A stretch of 63,962 nucleotides of DNA, counting the filler, from an uncultured bacterium (GTDB lineage Bacteria > CAYSBA01), in assembly GCA_964429075.1 (NCBI GenBank). It is 6 parts of 6 records of this genome, joined end to end, with 100 filler letters (N's around TTAATTAATTAA, not from the genome) between each part and the next. Parts side by side here need not be neighbours in the genome. Positions count along the whole stretch, not along the records: positions 43,600 to 53,955 come from CAYSBA010000017.1; positions 54,056 to 63,962 come from CAYSBA010000026.1; 4 more parts are not named here. One strand, 5' to 3'. The notes below the pieces were generated by a model. That model had not been told where the DNA came from. It saw only the letters and a program-made list of their open reading frames with translations, and did not search any database. Shown here in pieces: positions 48,025-57,663 of the stretch (position 1 is the first letter of the stretch; each line of letters opens with the position of its first letter). The position numbers and the translations under genes are program-made.

Positions 48025-49385
48025 AATACCTCCGCAAGCAACCTGGCAACATCAGTAATATCACCGGCTCCAAGGGTTATAACGGTATCTTTCTCAGTTA
48101 CTATTGATCTTATTGTTTCTAATATCTCTTCTGAGGTGCTGGCAAAAAATAGCGATCTAAACCCCACCTCTTTCATTCTTCTGTATAACTTCTTGCTGTC
48201 TATGTCCTCTATTGGTCTTTCGCCGGCTGGATATACATCAGTGATAACAACTACATCTGCATTACTGAGTACCTTTACAAAGCTGTCAAAATGATCCTTG
48301 AGCCTTGAATAACGATGGGGTTGAAATATGGCAATTACCCTCCCCTGAAATATCTCCTTTGCTGTCTTGAGAGACATCTCAATCTCACGTGGATGATGAG
48401 CGTAGTCATCTACAATCCTGATTGAATCCTCTCTCACAATTTCAAATCTCCTCTTTACGCCTGAAAATTCCAAAAGTGCCTTTTTTATTACCCTCTCACT
48501 AACGCCAAGCTCCTCTGCTACCGCGACAGATGCTGTGGCATTTAAGATATTGTGGACACCCGGCACAGACATTTTTATCTTCAACTCTCTTTTTTCAGGC
48601 ATACTCAACACAAAACTACATATCTTTTCTGACTGTTTCATCCCACGGATGTGGTAGTCTGCCTGTGGTGAGAAACCATAGGTTACATAACGCCTTCTGA
48701 TCTCAGGAATAACGGAGATAACACCCGGATCATCAAGACACACAACAGCAAGACCATAAAATGGAATCTTATTTATAAAATCTATAAAATGTCTCTTCAG
48801 CCTTTCACGGGATCCGTAAAAATCCATATGTTCTCTATCTATATTTGTAACTACACATATTGTTGGCAAAAGCATGAGAAAACTACCGTCACTTTCATCC
48901 GCTTCACATACAACAAACTCTCCTTTACCAAGCTGTGCATTTCTGTTGGATGCCCTGAGTCTACCACCGAGGACAACAGTGGGATCCATACCAGCAGCAT
49001 TCAGGATAGAGGCAATCATAGATGTAGTGGTAGTCTTGCCATGCGCACCTGCTACAGCAACAGAGTATTTCATGCGCATTAGTTCAAACAGCATTTCTGC
49101 TCTCGGTATTACTGGAATACCCCTCTCCTTTGCTTCTAGAACCTCTGGATTGTCATCTTTTATCGCAGAGGATATCACCACCACATCCTGATCTTTAATA
49201 TGTTCCTTTTTGTGACTGTATAATATCTTACACCCGAGTCTTTCGAGCCTTTTTGTGCTCTCTGACTTTTTTATGTCCGAACCTGTTACTTCAATACCTG
49301 TGTTTATCAAAAGTTCTGCAATACCACTCATGCCGATACCACCAATACCAATCATGTGTATTTTTTTGACCTTTCCTAAGAACAT
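48021..49385 (-). CDS. murC: UDP-N-acetylmuramate--L-alanine ligase
   Basis: GIGGIGMSG, GAHGKTTTT, EADESD, DDYAHHP, FQPHRYSR. Confidence 0.97.
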   Translation of the reverse strand: MFLGKVKKIHMIGIGGIGMSGIAELLINTGIEVTGSDIKKSESTKRLERLGCKILYSHKKEHIKDQDVVVISSAIKDDNPEVLEAKERGIPVIPRAEMLFELMRMKYSVAVAGAHGKTTTTSMIASILNAAGMDPTVVLGGRLRASNRNAQLGKGEFVVCEADESDGSFLMLLPTICVVTNIDREHMDFYGSRERLKRHFIDFINKIPFYGLAVVCLDDPGVISVIPEIRRRYVTYGFSPQADYHIRGMKQSEKICSFVLSMPEKRELKIKMSVPGVHNILNATASVAVAEELGVSERVIKKALLEFSGVKRRFEIVREDSIRIVDDYAHHPREIEMSLKTAKEIFQGRVIAIFQPHRYSRLKDHFDSFVKVLSNADVVVITDVYPAGERPIEDIDSKKLYRRMKEVGFRSLFFASTSEEILETIRSIVTEKDTVITLGAGDITDVARLLAEVL

Positions 49386-50446
49386 AACACCACTATCCTC
49401 TTAACAATTTTGCCAGTAGGATCTTCTTTTTTGTGGAGTCTGATCCTGCCTCTTGCAATCTCTATCTTTTCGTCTGAGATGTAGAGCTCTTCAATAAGAT
49501 CTGCAAGGTCATCAGAGCCATCTTCTTCCTTTATCAGGTAGGCAGCATTATCCTCAACAAGACTCATTGCGTTGTAATACTGATGATTACCTGAAGACCA
49601 GCTTAAAGGCACAAAGATTGCAACACTTTCTGTTGCAATGACCTCGCTAACAGTAATCGCTCCAGCCCTGCATATTACAATATCTGATGTAAGGTAGTAT
49701 TCCCAAATGTTGTCTATAAAGGCATGGACTTCAACAGCTTTATCCATACCAATCTGATTGTATTCTCTTTTCAATTTCTCAGTGTTGTTGTGACCTGCCT
49801 GATGAATACAATAGAATCGCACACCTCTTCTTTTAAGTGATTCAAGGGCATCCTTTACCATATTGTTTAATCCAACAGATCCCTGACTACCACCGAGCAC
49901 AAGTATACGAAACACCCTATCATCATTTTGAGGACGAACTAAATTTAAAAATTCCTTCCTAAGAGGATTGCCACTTATAATGCACTTTCTTTCTGGAAGG
50001 GATTTTTTTGCCATCTCAAAACCGAGGTAGATCTCTTTTGCAAATCTCGCAAGGAAACGATTAGCAATTCCAGGGACACTATTTTGTTCTTGAAGAAAAA
50101 GTGGCTTCCTCAAAAGGACGGCAGCAAGAGATATCGGCATTGAGGCATACCCACCTACACCAATTACACAATCTGGAGAATACCTTATAATTATCTTTAT
50201 TGCCCATAACAACGAGAATATCAGGATACAAACAGCCCATATCTTTTTTATGATACTCTTTCTTGCAAATCCCCTGGCTGGCAGGGCATTAAACGGTATA
50301 TTTGATCTTGAAAGGAGCATCAGATCAATATCACCTTTTCCACATACAAATAGTACCTGATGACCCTTTTCAATAAACCTCTCTGCAAGGGTAATCCCGG
50401 GGATAAGATGGCCACCAGTTCCTCCACCTGTTATTATGAGCCTCAT
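49376..50446 (-). CDS. murG: Lipid II synthase GlcNAc transferase
   Basis: GGGTGGH, GGYAS, EQN..PG.AN, GNP.R, GGSQG; start at MRLII. Confidence 0.95.
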   Translation of the reverse strand: MRLIITGGGTGGHLIPGITLAERFIEKGHQVLFVCGKGDIDLMLLSRSNIPFNALPARGFARKSIIKKIWAVCILIFSLLWAIKIIIRYSPDCVIGVGGYASMPISLAAVLLRKPLFLQEQNSVPGIANRFLARFAKEIYLGFEMAKKSLPERKCIISGNPLRKEFLNLVRPQNDDRVFRILVLGGSQGSVGLNNMVKDALESLKRRGVRFYCIHQAGHNNTEKLKREYNQIGMDKAVEVHAFIDNIWEYYLTSDIVICRAGAITVSEVIATESVAIFVPLSWSSGNHQYYNAMSLVEDNAAYLIKEEDGSDDLADLIEELYISDEKIEIARGRIRLHKKEDPTGKIVKRIVVLCS

Positions 50447-51585
50447 TCCATCTCCTCCCCCTTTATCTCCTCTCTCCTTGCTCTCAACACAATTCCGATT
50501 AAAAACAGAGTGCTCATGATACTCGAGCCCCCATAACTCATAAATGGACAAACCATACCCTTTGTTGGTAACATCCCCAGACATACCAGTGAATTAAGAA
50601 TAAATTCGGTAATGAGTAGTACAGCCGCACCACTGATAATCAGCATCCTGTAGCTACTCTGTGACCTTGCTGCGGATATAATCATGCGATAGAATAGAAA
50701 CATCATTAGAAGTACAATAAAAACCACACCAACAAATCCCAGCTCTTCACCCACTATTGAGAAGATAAAATCTGTATGCGCTTCGGGTAAAAAGAACATC
50801 TTCTGCTTTGATGCACCGAGACCAACACCAGAAAATCCACCAAGTCCAAATGCCATTAGGGATTCTACTACCTGATAACCACTATCATAGCGGAAGGACC
50901 AGGGATCAAGAAAGGCTATTACCCTTTTCAGTTTGTATGGCGAATTTATAATGATATAGTATACAACAGGGATCATAAACAGGCCACCAATGATCATATA
51001 GGTCAGCCTTGTACCTGTAATAAACAAAAGGGCTATCAGTACAGTCGCAATAACAACAGTTGTGCCAAAATCAGGCTGTTTCAGGATAAGTGCCATTGGG
51101 AAAAGGCACATTATAACCTGAGGGAGAACCTGTGTTAGACCCTCAATCCTGTTTACCTTTCGACTCAAGGTTCGTGCAAGATATAGAATAATTACAACCT
51201 TCATAAATTCTGAAGGCTGAAAATTAAAAAATCCCAGAGAGATCCATCTCCTTGCACCACCTGCCGATTTACCAATCCCGGGCACCAGTACTGCTAGAAG
51301 GAGCAAAAGATTCAGGATAAATAGAGGTACGGTAAATTTGCGTACTATCCTCAATGGCACATGATAGATAAAAACAGCCAATCCAGTCCCTATCAATACT
51401 GCAACAAGATGCTTGATAAGTAATCTGAATTCACTACCGTATCGCTGTGATGACAGTGGCGCACTTGCACTGAAGATCATAACAGTACCGAAACAGATCA
51501 AAATAATCACACACGCTATAATAAATGTATCAAGCTCATTTTTTTGTGTTAGTTTATGTCTGTAAAATCCTGTCAAACTCAGCAC
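50443..51585 (-). CDS. ftsW: SEDS peptidoglycan glycosyltransferase FtsW
   Basis: GARRWI, QPSE..K, QPDFGT, LPEAHTDFIF, SYGGSS; start uncertain. Confidence 0.94.
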   Translation of the reverse strand: MLSLTGFYRHKLTQKNELDTFIIACVIILICFGTVMIFSASAPLSSQRYGSEFRLLIKHLVAVLIGTGLAVFIYHVPLRIVRKFTVPLFILNLLLLLAVLVPGIGKSAGGARRWISLGFFNFQPSEFMKVVIILYLARTLSRKVNRIEGLTQVLPQVIMCLFPMALILKQPDFGTTVVIATVLIALLFITGTRLTYMIIGGLFMIPVVYYIIINSPYKLKRVIAFLDPWSFRYDSGYQVVESLMAFGLGGFSGVGLGASKQKMFFLPEAHTDFIFSIVGEELGFVGVVFIVLLMMFLFYRMIISAARSQSSYRMLIISGAAVLLITEFILNSLVCLGMLPTKGMVCPFMSYGGSSIMSTLFLIGIVLRARREEIKGEEME

Positions 51586-52786
51586 CCCTTTCTAAAAAAT
51601 TCTTATGTTGATCAAAACTTGATGATCCAGGAGAAAACAAAAGGCTCCAGCCTTTTTCAGTGTTTTTGAACGCCTCTTTTACACAGGCTGCAAAATCCTC
51701 AATAAATCTACATTCCAGCCCTTTTCTTTGAAAATCCTTTGAAAACCTCATTCCTGCTTCACCATAACAAAATATCCTGCAGCATTTTGAGCGTAAGACC
51801 TCTATCAGATTATCAACCGAAAGGCCCTTGTCTTTGCCGCCAAGGATGAGAACAAATGGTGTATTACAGCTGTTTATAGCCTCTATGGTTGAATGTATGT
51901 TTGTAGATTTTGAATCATTTATGATAATTCTATCTCTTATCCTATAGATTTTCATCCTATATTCCAGAGGCCTATAGGTATTAACTGTTTTATAAAAGAT
52001 CTTCCTGTCTATTCCGAGTATATCGGCCGCTGCTTTACATATAGCCAGATTCTCTCTGTGGATCATCTTTTGTAACTCTTCTGATACCTGTGGGTCCATC
52101 TTTTCTGGATCAACTGCATATAGTCCTTCTGATTTAATGTCATACCTTTTTGCAATATCTTCTGTTGTTATAACGGTTCCATGATTCTCAAGGGTTAAAT
52201 AAATAAGACCAAGCTTTGTCTTAAAGTATTCCTCCTTAGAACCATGCCAGTCCAAATGATCCTCAGATAGATTTGTTAGAATGGTAATATCTGGGATAAA
52301 ATTTTTTGAATAATAGATTTGAAAACTGCTCACCTCTACTATATAATACTCAATACCATCCTCTAAGGATTCAAGAACTGGCCTCCCGAAATTACCGCAG
52401 GCAATTGCTCGTTTCCCGGCATTTAAGAGGGTTTTTTCAAGGATTGCACAAACAGTACTTTTACCATTTGTACCGGTAACTGCTATGACCTTAGAATCCA
52501 AAGATTTTAATTTTAGAAAAAGATCAATCTCAGAGACTATTCTATTGTTAAAACCACAAAGCTTATTTGGTGGAATACCAGGACTGACTAAAAGACAATC
52601 ATAGTCTCTGAGGGAATCCTCTGATAATTGTACAACCTTGATCTTGTTATTGTCAGATCTATATTCATCGAGTATATCAAAGGAAATATTGAGCCTTCTA
52701 AGGAGTTTCTCAAAACTCCTTCCCACCTTACCATACCCAAGTATGGCGCATCTTCCATTTTTAAGTCTGTCAATCAAGTCTATCAT
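51554..52786 (-). CDS. murD: UDP-MurNAc-L-Ala--D-glutamate ligase
   Basis: VSPGI, TGTNGKST, EVSSFQ, DHLDWH, NDSKSTN, GGKDKG. Confidence 0.94.
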   Translation of the reverse strand: MIDLIDRLKNGRCAILGYGKVGRSFEKLLRRLNISFDILDEYRSDNNKIKVVQLSEDSLRDYDCLLVSPGIPPNKLCGFNNRIVSEIDLFLKLKSLDSKVIAVTGTNGKSTVCAILEKTLLNAGKRAIACGNFGRPVLESLEDGIEYYIVEVSSFQIYYSKNFIPDITILTNLSEDHLDWHGSKEEYFKTKLGLIYLTLENHGTVITTEDIAKRYDIKSEGLYAVDPEKMDPQVSEELQKMIHRENLAICKAAADILGIDRKIFYKTVNTYRPLEYRMKIYRIRDRIIINDSKSTNIHSTIEAINSCNTPFVLILGGKDKGLSVDNLIEVLRSKCCRIFCYGEAGMRFSKDFQRKGLECRFIEDFAACVKEAFKNTEKGWSLLFSPGSSSFDQHKNFLERGAEFDRILQT

Positions 52787-52787
52787 A

Positions 52788-53885
52788 CTATCTCAACTTT
52801 AAGGTTGATAGGGCCAGAAGACCAAGCATCATAGATACAATCCAGAATCGCACGACAATCTTGGGTTCGCTCCACCCCTTCAGCTCAAAATGGTGATGTA
52901 ACGGTGCCATAGCAAATACACGTTTACCGAAAAGCTTATATGAGGTCACCTGTGTTATTACCGAGAGTGCCTCTGCCAGAAAGACTCCATTTACCAGTGC
53001 TGAGACAAGCTCCTTCTTTGTTAATATAGCAACCGTTCCAAGGGCACCACCGATAGCAAGGGCACCCACATCTCCCATAAAGACCTGTGCAGGATAGGTG
53101 TTATACCATAGAAAACCGATTGATGCTCCAACAATTGCACCACAAAACACACTCAATTCTCCCGCATCCTCAATATGAGGTACCTTCAGATAGGCTGCTA
53201 CATTGAAACCGCCAATCTTTGCACCCACAGTATAGCTTAAAACGAGAAATACTGAGGCAGAAACAATTGTTGGACCTATGGCCAGGCCATCCAGTCCATC
53301 GGTCAGATTGACCGCATTGGATGTACCCATAATGACAAATAGCCCAAAGATTACGTATAGCGATATACCTATATCAGGATAGAATCTTTCGGTATTTAAA
53401 AATGGAATTGACAATCTTGTATCATATCGAAAAACGACAAAAGTTACCCACATGACACCCAATGCAACAAGAAATTGAAGCAATAACTTATAGCTACCCC
53501 TAAGACCCCTTTTATCTTGTGTCCTAAGTTTCAGATAATCATCAACAAATCCAATTATTCCAAAACCTACTGTTGTAATTAAAACAAGCCATATATGGCT
53601 GTTTGTCAGATCTGCCCAGAATAGGGTTGTTATTAAGACAGAGAGGATAATTATTATTCCTCCCATAGTGGGAGTTCCCTCTTTTTCTTTATGCTTTTTT
53701 GGCCCATCTTCTCTTATCTTCTCCCTTATCTGCTGTCTGCTTAACCAGTTTAGAATATATGGAGCTATAATCAGTGAAACCAAGAAGGCAAACACAACTG
53801 ATGCAACACTTCTAAATGTAAGATAACGAAGTACATTTAGAGGCGAAAAATAATCCTTAAGTGGATAGAGCAGGTGCATCAACAT
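52788..53885 (-). CDS. mraY: Phospho-MurNAc-pentapeptide transferase
   Basis: GTPTMGG, NAVNLTDGLDGL, FMGDVG, APLHHHFE. Confidence 0.97.
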   Translation of the reverse strand: MLMHLLYPLKDYFSPLNVLRYLTFRSVASVVFAFLVSLIIAPYILNWLSRQQIREKIREDGPKKHKEKEGTPTMGGIIIILSVLITTLFWADLTNSHIWLVLITTVGFGIIGFVDDYLKLRTQDKRGLRGSYKLLLQFLVALGVMWVTFVVFRYDTRLSIPFLNTERFYPDIGISLYVIFGLFVIMGTSNAVNLTDGLDGLAIGPTIVSASVFLVLSYTVGAKIGGFNVAAYLKVPHIEDAGELSVFCGAIVGASIGFLWYNTYPAQVFMGDVGALAIGGALGTVAILTKKELVSALVNGVFLAEALSVITQVTSYKLFGKRVFAMAPLHHHFELKGWSEPKIVVRFWIVSMMLGLLALSTLKLR

Positions 53886-53955
53886 CCAGCTACCTCCCTG
53901 ATATAATCAACAAGGCGTTCGAGTTTCAGTGCTCTTGATGCCTTCAATAGCACCA
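53879..53955 (-). CDS. murF: MurF C-terminal fragment
   Basis: VLLKASRALKLERLV resembles the MurF C-terminal K(G/A)SR motif; directly upstream of mraY. Confidence 0.75.
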
Positions 53956-54055
53956 NNNNNNNNNNNNNNNNNNNNNNNNNNNNNNNNNNNNNNNNNNNNT
54001 TAATTAATTAANNNNNNNNNNNNNNNNNNNNNNNNNNNNNNNNNNNNNNNNNNNN
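53956..54055. other. Artificial contig spacer
   Basis: N-TTAATTAATTAA-N, 100 nt. Confidence 0.99.
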
Positions 54056-55629
54056 TCCTTAATGTAATAGGCCACTCATTTACAGCATATGGATATATAT
54101 ACGAACACAATCCTGTGGTTGATGACAGCTTTACAAAAGTAGAACTAAAAGATCTTTTGAGCGACCAAAAGTTAAGTGGCAACTATGCTGATGTGTATCA
54201 GGGGTCATGTAATGGCACCATACAGCAAAGCTGTGAAAAAAGAAGGGTTGCATCCCCTGATGAAAACGGTGATTATCTGTATGAACCCCTGACAAACAAT
54301 TCATACTCAAATCTTTCTGCAAGAGACGATAGTTTCCCTGAGGTCAACATGTATCACCACATAAATATTGTACATAATTACTTTAAAGACACACAAGACT
54401 TTGAAGGCAACCAGCCAACCCTTGCAGCGGTAAATTATACAGAAAATGGAAATCCCTATGACAACGCAGCATATGTACCAAGAGCCGCACTCTTTAATGG
54501 TCAGGATGGTCTTTTGTTTGGCCAGGGGACCCTTGTTGATTTCGCCTATGATGCAGATGTAATATATCACGAGTATACCCACAGTGTTATTGGACAGACC
54601 TCAAATCTTGTAGGCTTTGATTACGATGAATATGGCCCCAAGATCTTTGCACCTGCATTGAACGAGGCATCAGCAGACTATTTTTCTGCCACAATTGAAA
54701 ACGATCCGTTATTGAGTGAATATGCACTTGGCACTTTTGGTCAATCAAGGAGACTTGACAACAACAAAAGCTGTCCTCTTGATTTATATGGTGAGTGGCA
54801 TACTGATGGTGAAATCTGGAGTGGAGCAATGTGGGATATAAGGGACTTACTTGGACAGGATATGGCTGACCGCCTTGTATTCGATACCGTTGTCTCCCTT
54901 CCTTCTGATAGCGATTTTGACACTGCTGCAAAGGCACTGATCCAGATGGCAGAAAACGAAGGCTTGGATTCATCAACAATAGATGAAATAGACTCAATCC
55001 TGCAAAGAAGGGGCCTATATGGTTGTAAAAGGATTGTTCCACTTCTCGATCTAACTGAGCCACACAAAAGTCTTCTGATTGGTAAAGACTTGATTCAGTC
55101 TTTTGGTGGGACTATTAACTATGTAACGTCTGCTCTTCAATACAGGCTTGATCTTCCAGTGAATGTTGAAAAGATAAAATTTACACTCTCAGCCCACCCC
55201 AATGTAAAAATTTTTGTAAGAAAAGATCTTAGGATTACTCACGATGTCCAGTTTAGTTATATTACAATGAGTATTACAGTGAGCTCACTCTATGATTTTG
55301 AGATCAGTGGAAATGAGATAATAGATATTAATAATCAAAATGGGACATACTTCGAACCGGGCCACACATACTATCTGCAGTTGATCAATGAAGGAGCAAC
55401 AGTAGAACCACTCTTTTATGCCTCAATTTCCGTAAAGGATGAAACAAACAACAATAAAAATGATCAGAATACAAACAATAACCAGTTCCAAAATGAGGAA
55501 AAGAGTTCACAAACTGGCTGTTCCTGCTCAAACACATCACTCCCGAATCTATTTATTCTTATTATGGAATTGTTGATTATAAGGGCATTTTTTGTCAGGA
55601 AAGGCTATGGAACAGGAAAAAGTAATTAA
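54056..55629 (+). CDS. M36/M4-like zinc metallopeptidase with MYXO-CTERM-like tail (5-prime partial)
   Basis: DNAAY, DVIYHEYTH, LNEASADYF, HTDGEIW; ends GCSCS + hydrophobic helix + RK. Confidence 0.82.
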
Positions 55630-56446
55630 AGAAGACTACTTAAAAATAGATGACACCCATTATCTATACCACAGATTACTTAATCCTAAATCAGACAAAA
55701 AGGCAGATGTTCTGATAGTACACGGATTTGCAGAGCACTCTGGCAGATACAACGAACTTGTGGATACCCTTATAAAAGAAGGTTTTGGGGTTTTAATCTT
55801 TGATCTAAGAGGACATGGCAGGTCAAGCGGAAGAAGGGGAGATATAGTAAGTTTTGAAGATTACCTGAATGATATCCATAGCATTAGAAAGATTATAAAG
55901 GATTCATCAAAACCACTTTTCATATTGGGACATAGTCTTGGTGGGCTTCTGGTTCTTCTGTATGCACAGCGTTACCAGAAAGGACTTTCCGGTGTGATTG
56001 CCTGTTCTCCCTATCTAAGACTTGCATTTCAGCCACCTACAATTAAGGTATTACTCGCCAGAATGATTGTTAGATTCCTGCCACACCTCCAAATGGGAAA
56101 TGAGATAGACGCAACGATGCTATCTCACGATCCAGAAAAGGTAAAGGCATACCAAGAGGACCCTCTTGTTCATCACGTGGTTACTCCAAGATGGTTCTTA
56201 GGATCACTGCACTACCAAAAAAGGGTGTTTGATGAGGTGGGAGAAATCAAGATACCAGTACTACTACTGCACGGGAAGGGAGATGGTATAACCGCTTGGT
56301 CTGCTACAATGGAATTCTTTGAAAAACTCATTACAAAGGACAAACAAATCAAACTTTTTGAAAACCTTTATCATGAGCTGTTTCAAGAGAAAGAGAGATA
56401 TAATGTGATGAATGAGGTTGTAAGTTGGTTAAACGCTCACCTTTGA
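55607..56446 (+). CDS. Alpha/beta hydrolase, lysophospholipase type
   Basis: HGFAEHSGRY, DLRGHGRS, GHSLGG, LYHEL. Confidence 0.92.
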   Translation: MEQEKVIKEDYLKIDDTHYLYHRLLNPKSDKKADVLIVHGFAEHSGRYNELVDTLIKEGFGVLIFDLRGHGRSSGRRGDIVSFEDYLNDIHSIRKIIKDSSKPLFILGHSLGGLLVLLYAQRYQKGLSGVIACSPYLRLAFQPPTIKVLLARMIVRFLPHLQMGNEIDATMLSHDPEKVKAYQEDPLVHHVVTPRWFLGSLHYQKRVFDEVGEIKIPVLLLHGKGDGITAWSATMEFFEKLITKDKQIKLFENLYHELFQEKERYNVMNEVVSWLNAHL

Positions 56447-56447
56447 G

Positions 56448-56954
56448 TTAATTGTGAAATAAGACCTTTTCCAGCTCTCTGCCCGATTCTAAATCAAATC
56501 CCATCTTTTTATAGATCAACTCACCATCTTCAGAAAAAACTATTGTTGTAGGCACTACCTCAATCGATAGTCTCGATGAGATCCCATCTTTGTCAACAGA
56601 GGTTGGAAACTGGATCCCATATTTTTTTACAAAGTCAAGAATGCTCTCTAAATCTGGTTCAACCGAAATACCTATTACCATTAATTTATCTCTGTACTGT
56701 TCCTGTAACAGTGCAAGATAGGTCATCGATCCTATACACGCATCACACCAGGGCGCCCAGAACTCTACAATAAGTTTCTTCCCCACTGCATCCTTTATTG
56801 ATGGCCTTTTGAGACCGGTTACAAAGTTCAAAGAGGCACTGTGTATAAGGGCTGCCATCAGAGACCCGGATTTTTGGGTAGTTTTACATGAAAAAAAGAG
56901 AATATATAGAGAAATTATAAATAAAAGTGTGGTATTATTATATCTTTTAATCAC
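56448..56954 (-). CDS. TlpA-family thioredoxin-like (lipo)protein
   Basis: FWAPWCDAC, VPTT cis-Pro loop, N-terminal signal with Cys. Confidence 0.82.
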   Translation of the reverse strand: MIKRYNNTTLLFIISLYILFFSCKTTQKSGSLMAALIHSASLNFVTGLKRPSIKDAVGKKLIVEFWAPWCDACIGSMTYLALLQEQYRDKLMVIGISVEPDLESILDFVKKYGIQFPTSVDKDGISSRLSIEVVPTTIVFSEDGELIYKKMGFDLESGRELEKVLFHN

Positions 56955-56969
56955 TTAATAATAACTATT

Positions 56970-57233
56970 TTATCCGTCTTGTATAGGATAGACACTTACC
57001 TTTTTTCTCCTTTTGTCTTTGTATTCAAACCTGACTATTCCATCGATAAGTGCAAATAGTGTATGATCCCTCCCCATTCCAACGTTCTTGCCAGGATGAA
57101 ACTTTGTACCCCTCTGTCTGACAATAATATTTCCAGCCTTTGCAAACTGACCACCAAAGATCTTAACACCAAGCCTTTTACCTGCACTATCACGGGTATT
57201 TGATGTTGATCCCTGTCCTTTTTTGTGGGCCAT
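56970..57233 (-). CDS. rpmA: 50S ribosomal protein L27
   Basis: [25 protein letters not shown]. Confidence 0.98.
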   Translation of the reverse strand: MAHKKGQGSTSNTRDSAGKRLGVKIFGGQFAKAGNIIVRQRGTKFHPGKNVGMGRDHTLFALIDGIVRFEYKDKRRKKVSVYPIQDG

Positions 57234-57241
57234 GATAACTC

Positions 57242-57553
57242 CTAATATTTAATATCTAATATCTCAATTACACTTAGATGTTGTCTGTGTCCTTTTTTTC
57301 TTCTATATCCTTTTCGCCTTTTCTTTTTGAAGACTACAACTTTTTTGCCCTTTTTGTGCTCAATAACTCTAAATTCAACCTTGGCATTTTCAATATAGGG
57401 TGTACCAATGAGGACCCTATCCTCATCCCGTAGATACAATACCCTATCAGTAGTGAGTGTCTCACCTACGTCTGCCTCGAGACGATTTATCTCTATCCTG
57501 TCCCCAACCTTTAAAAAGTATTGAGATTTGTTTATTTCACATATCACCTGCAT
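57242..57553 (-). CDS. rplU: 50S ribosomal protein L21
   Basis: [22 protein letters not shown]; upstream of rpmA; AAGGAG SD before MQVIC. Confidence 0.95.
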   Translation of the reverse strand: MQVICEINKSQYFLKVGDRIEINRLEADVGETLTTDRVLYLRDEDRVLIGTPYIENAKVEFRVIEHKKGKKVVVFKKKRRKGYRRKKGHRQHLSVIEILDIKY

Positions 57554-57632
57554 CTTTGACTCCTTCAAGCAGGCCTTTATATATTTTTTTTATCTTTTTT
57601 TGTCAACCTCTAAAAATTCAAAAATGCTACAG

Positions 57633-57660
57633 TTGACAATCCAGATTTATTGGCTATACT
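57633..57660 (+). promoter_or_regulatory. Sigma70-type promoter of the bioA operon
   Basis: TTGACA-16 nt-TATACT, ending 3-6 nt before the tandem ATG codons. Confidence 0.65.
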
Positions 57661-57663
57661 GCC

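Noticed and set aside
43600-53955. dcw cluster as a novelty
   Set aside because: The order murF-mraY-murD-ftsW-murG-murC-murB-ddl-ftsQ-ftsA-ftsZ is canonical; truncations are contig ends
11089-54055. Identical TTAATTAATTAA repeat every ~10.5 kb as a biological repeat
   Set aside because: It is embedded in fixed N runs and is a standard six-frame-stop linker
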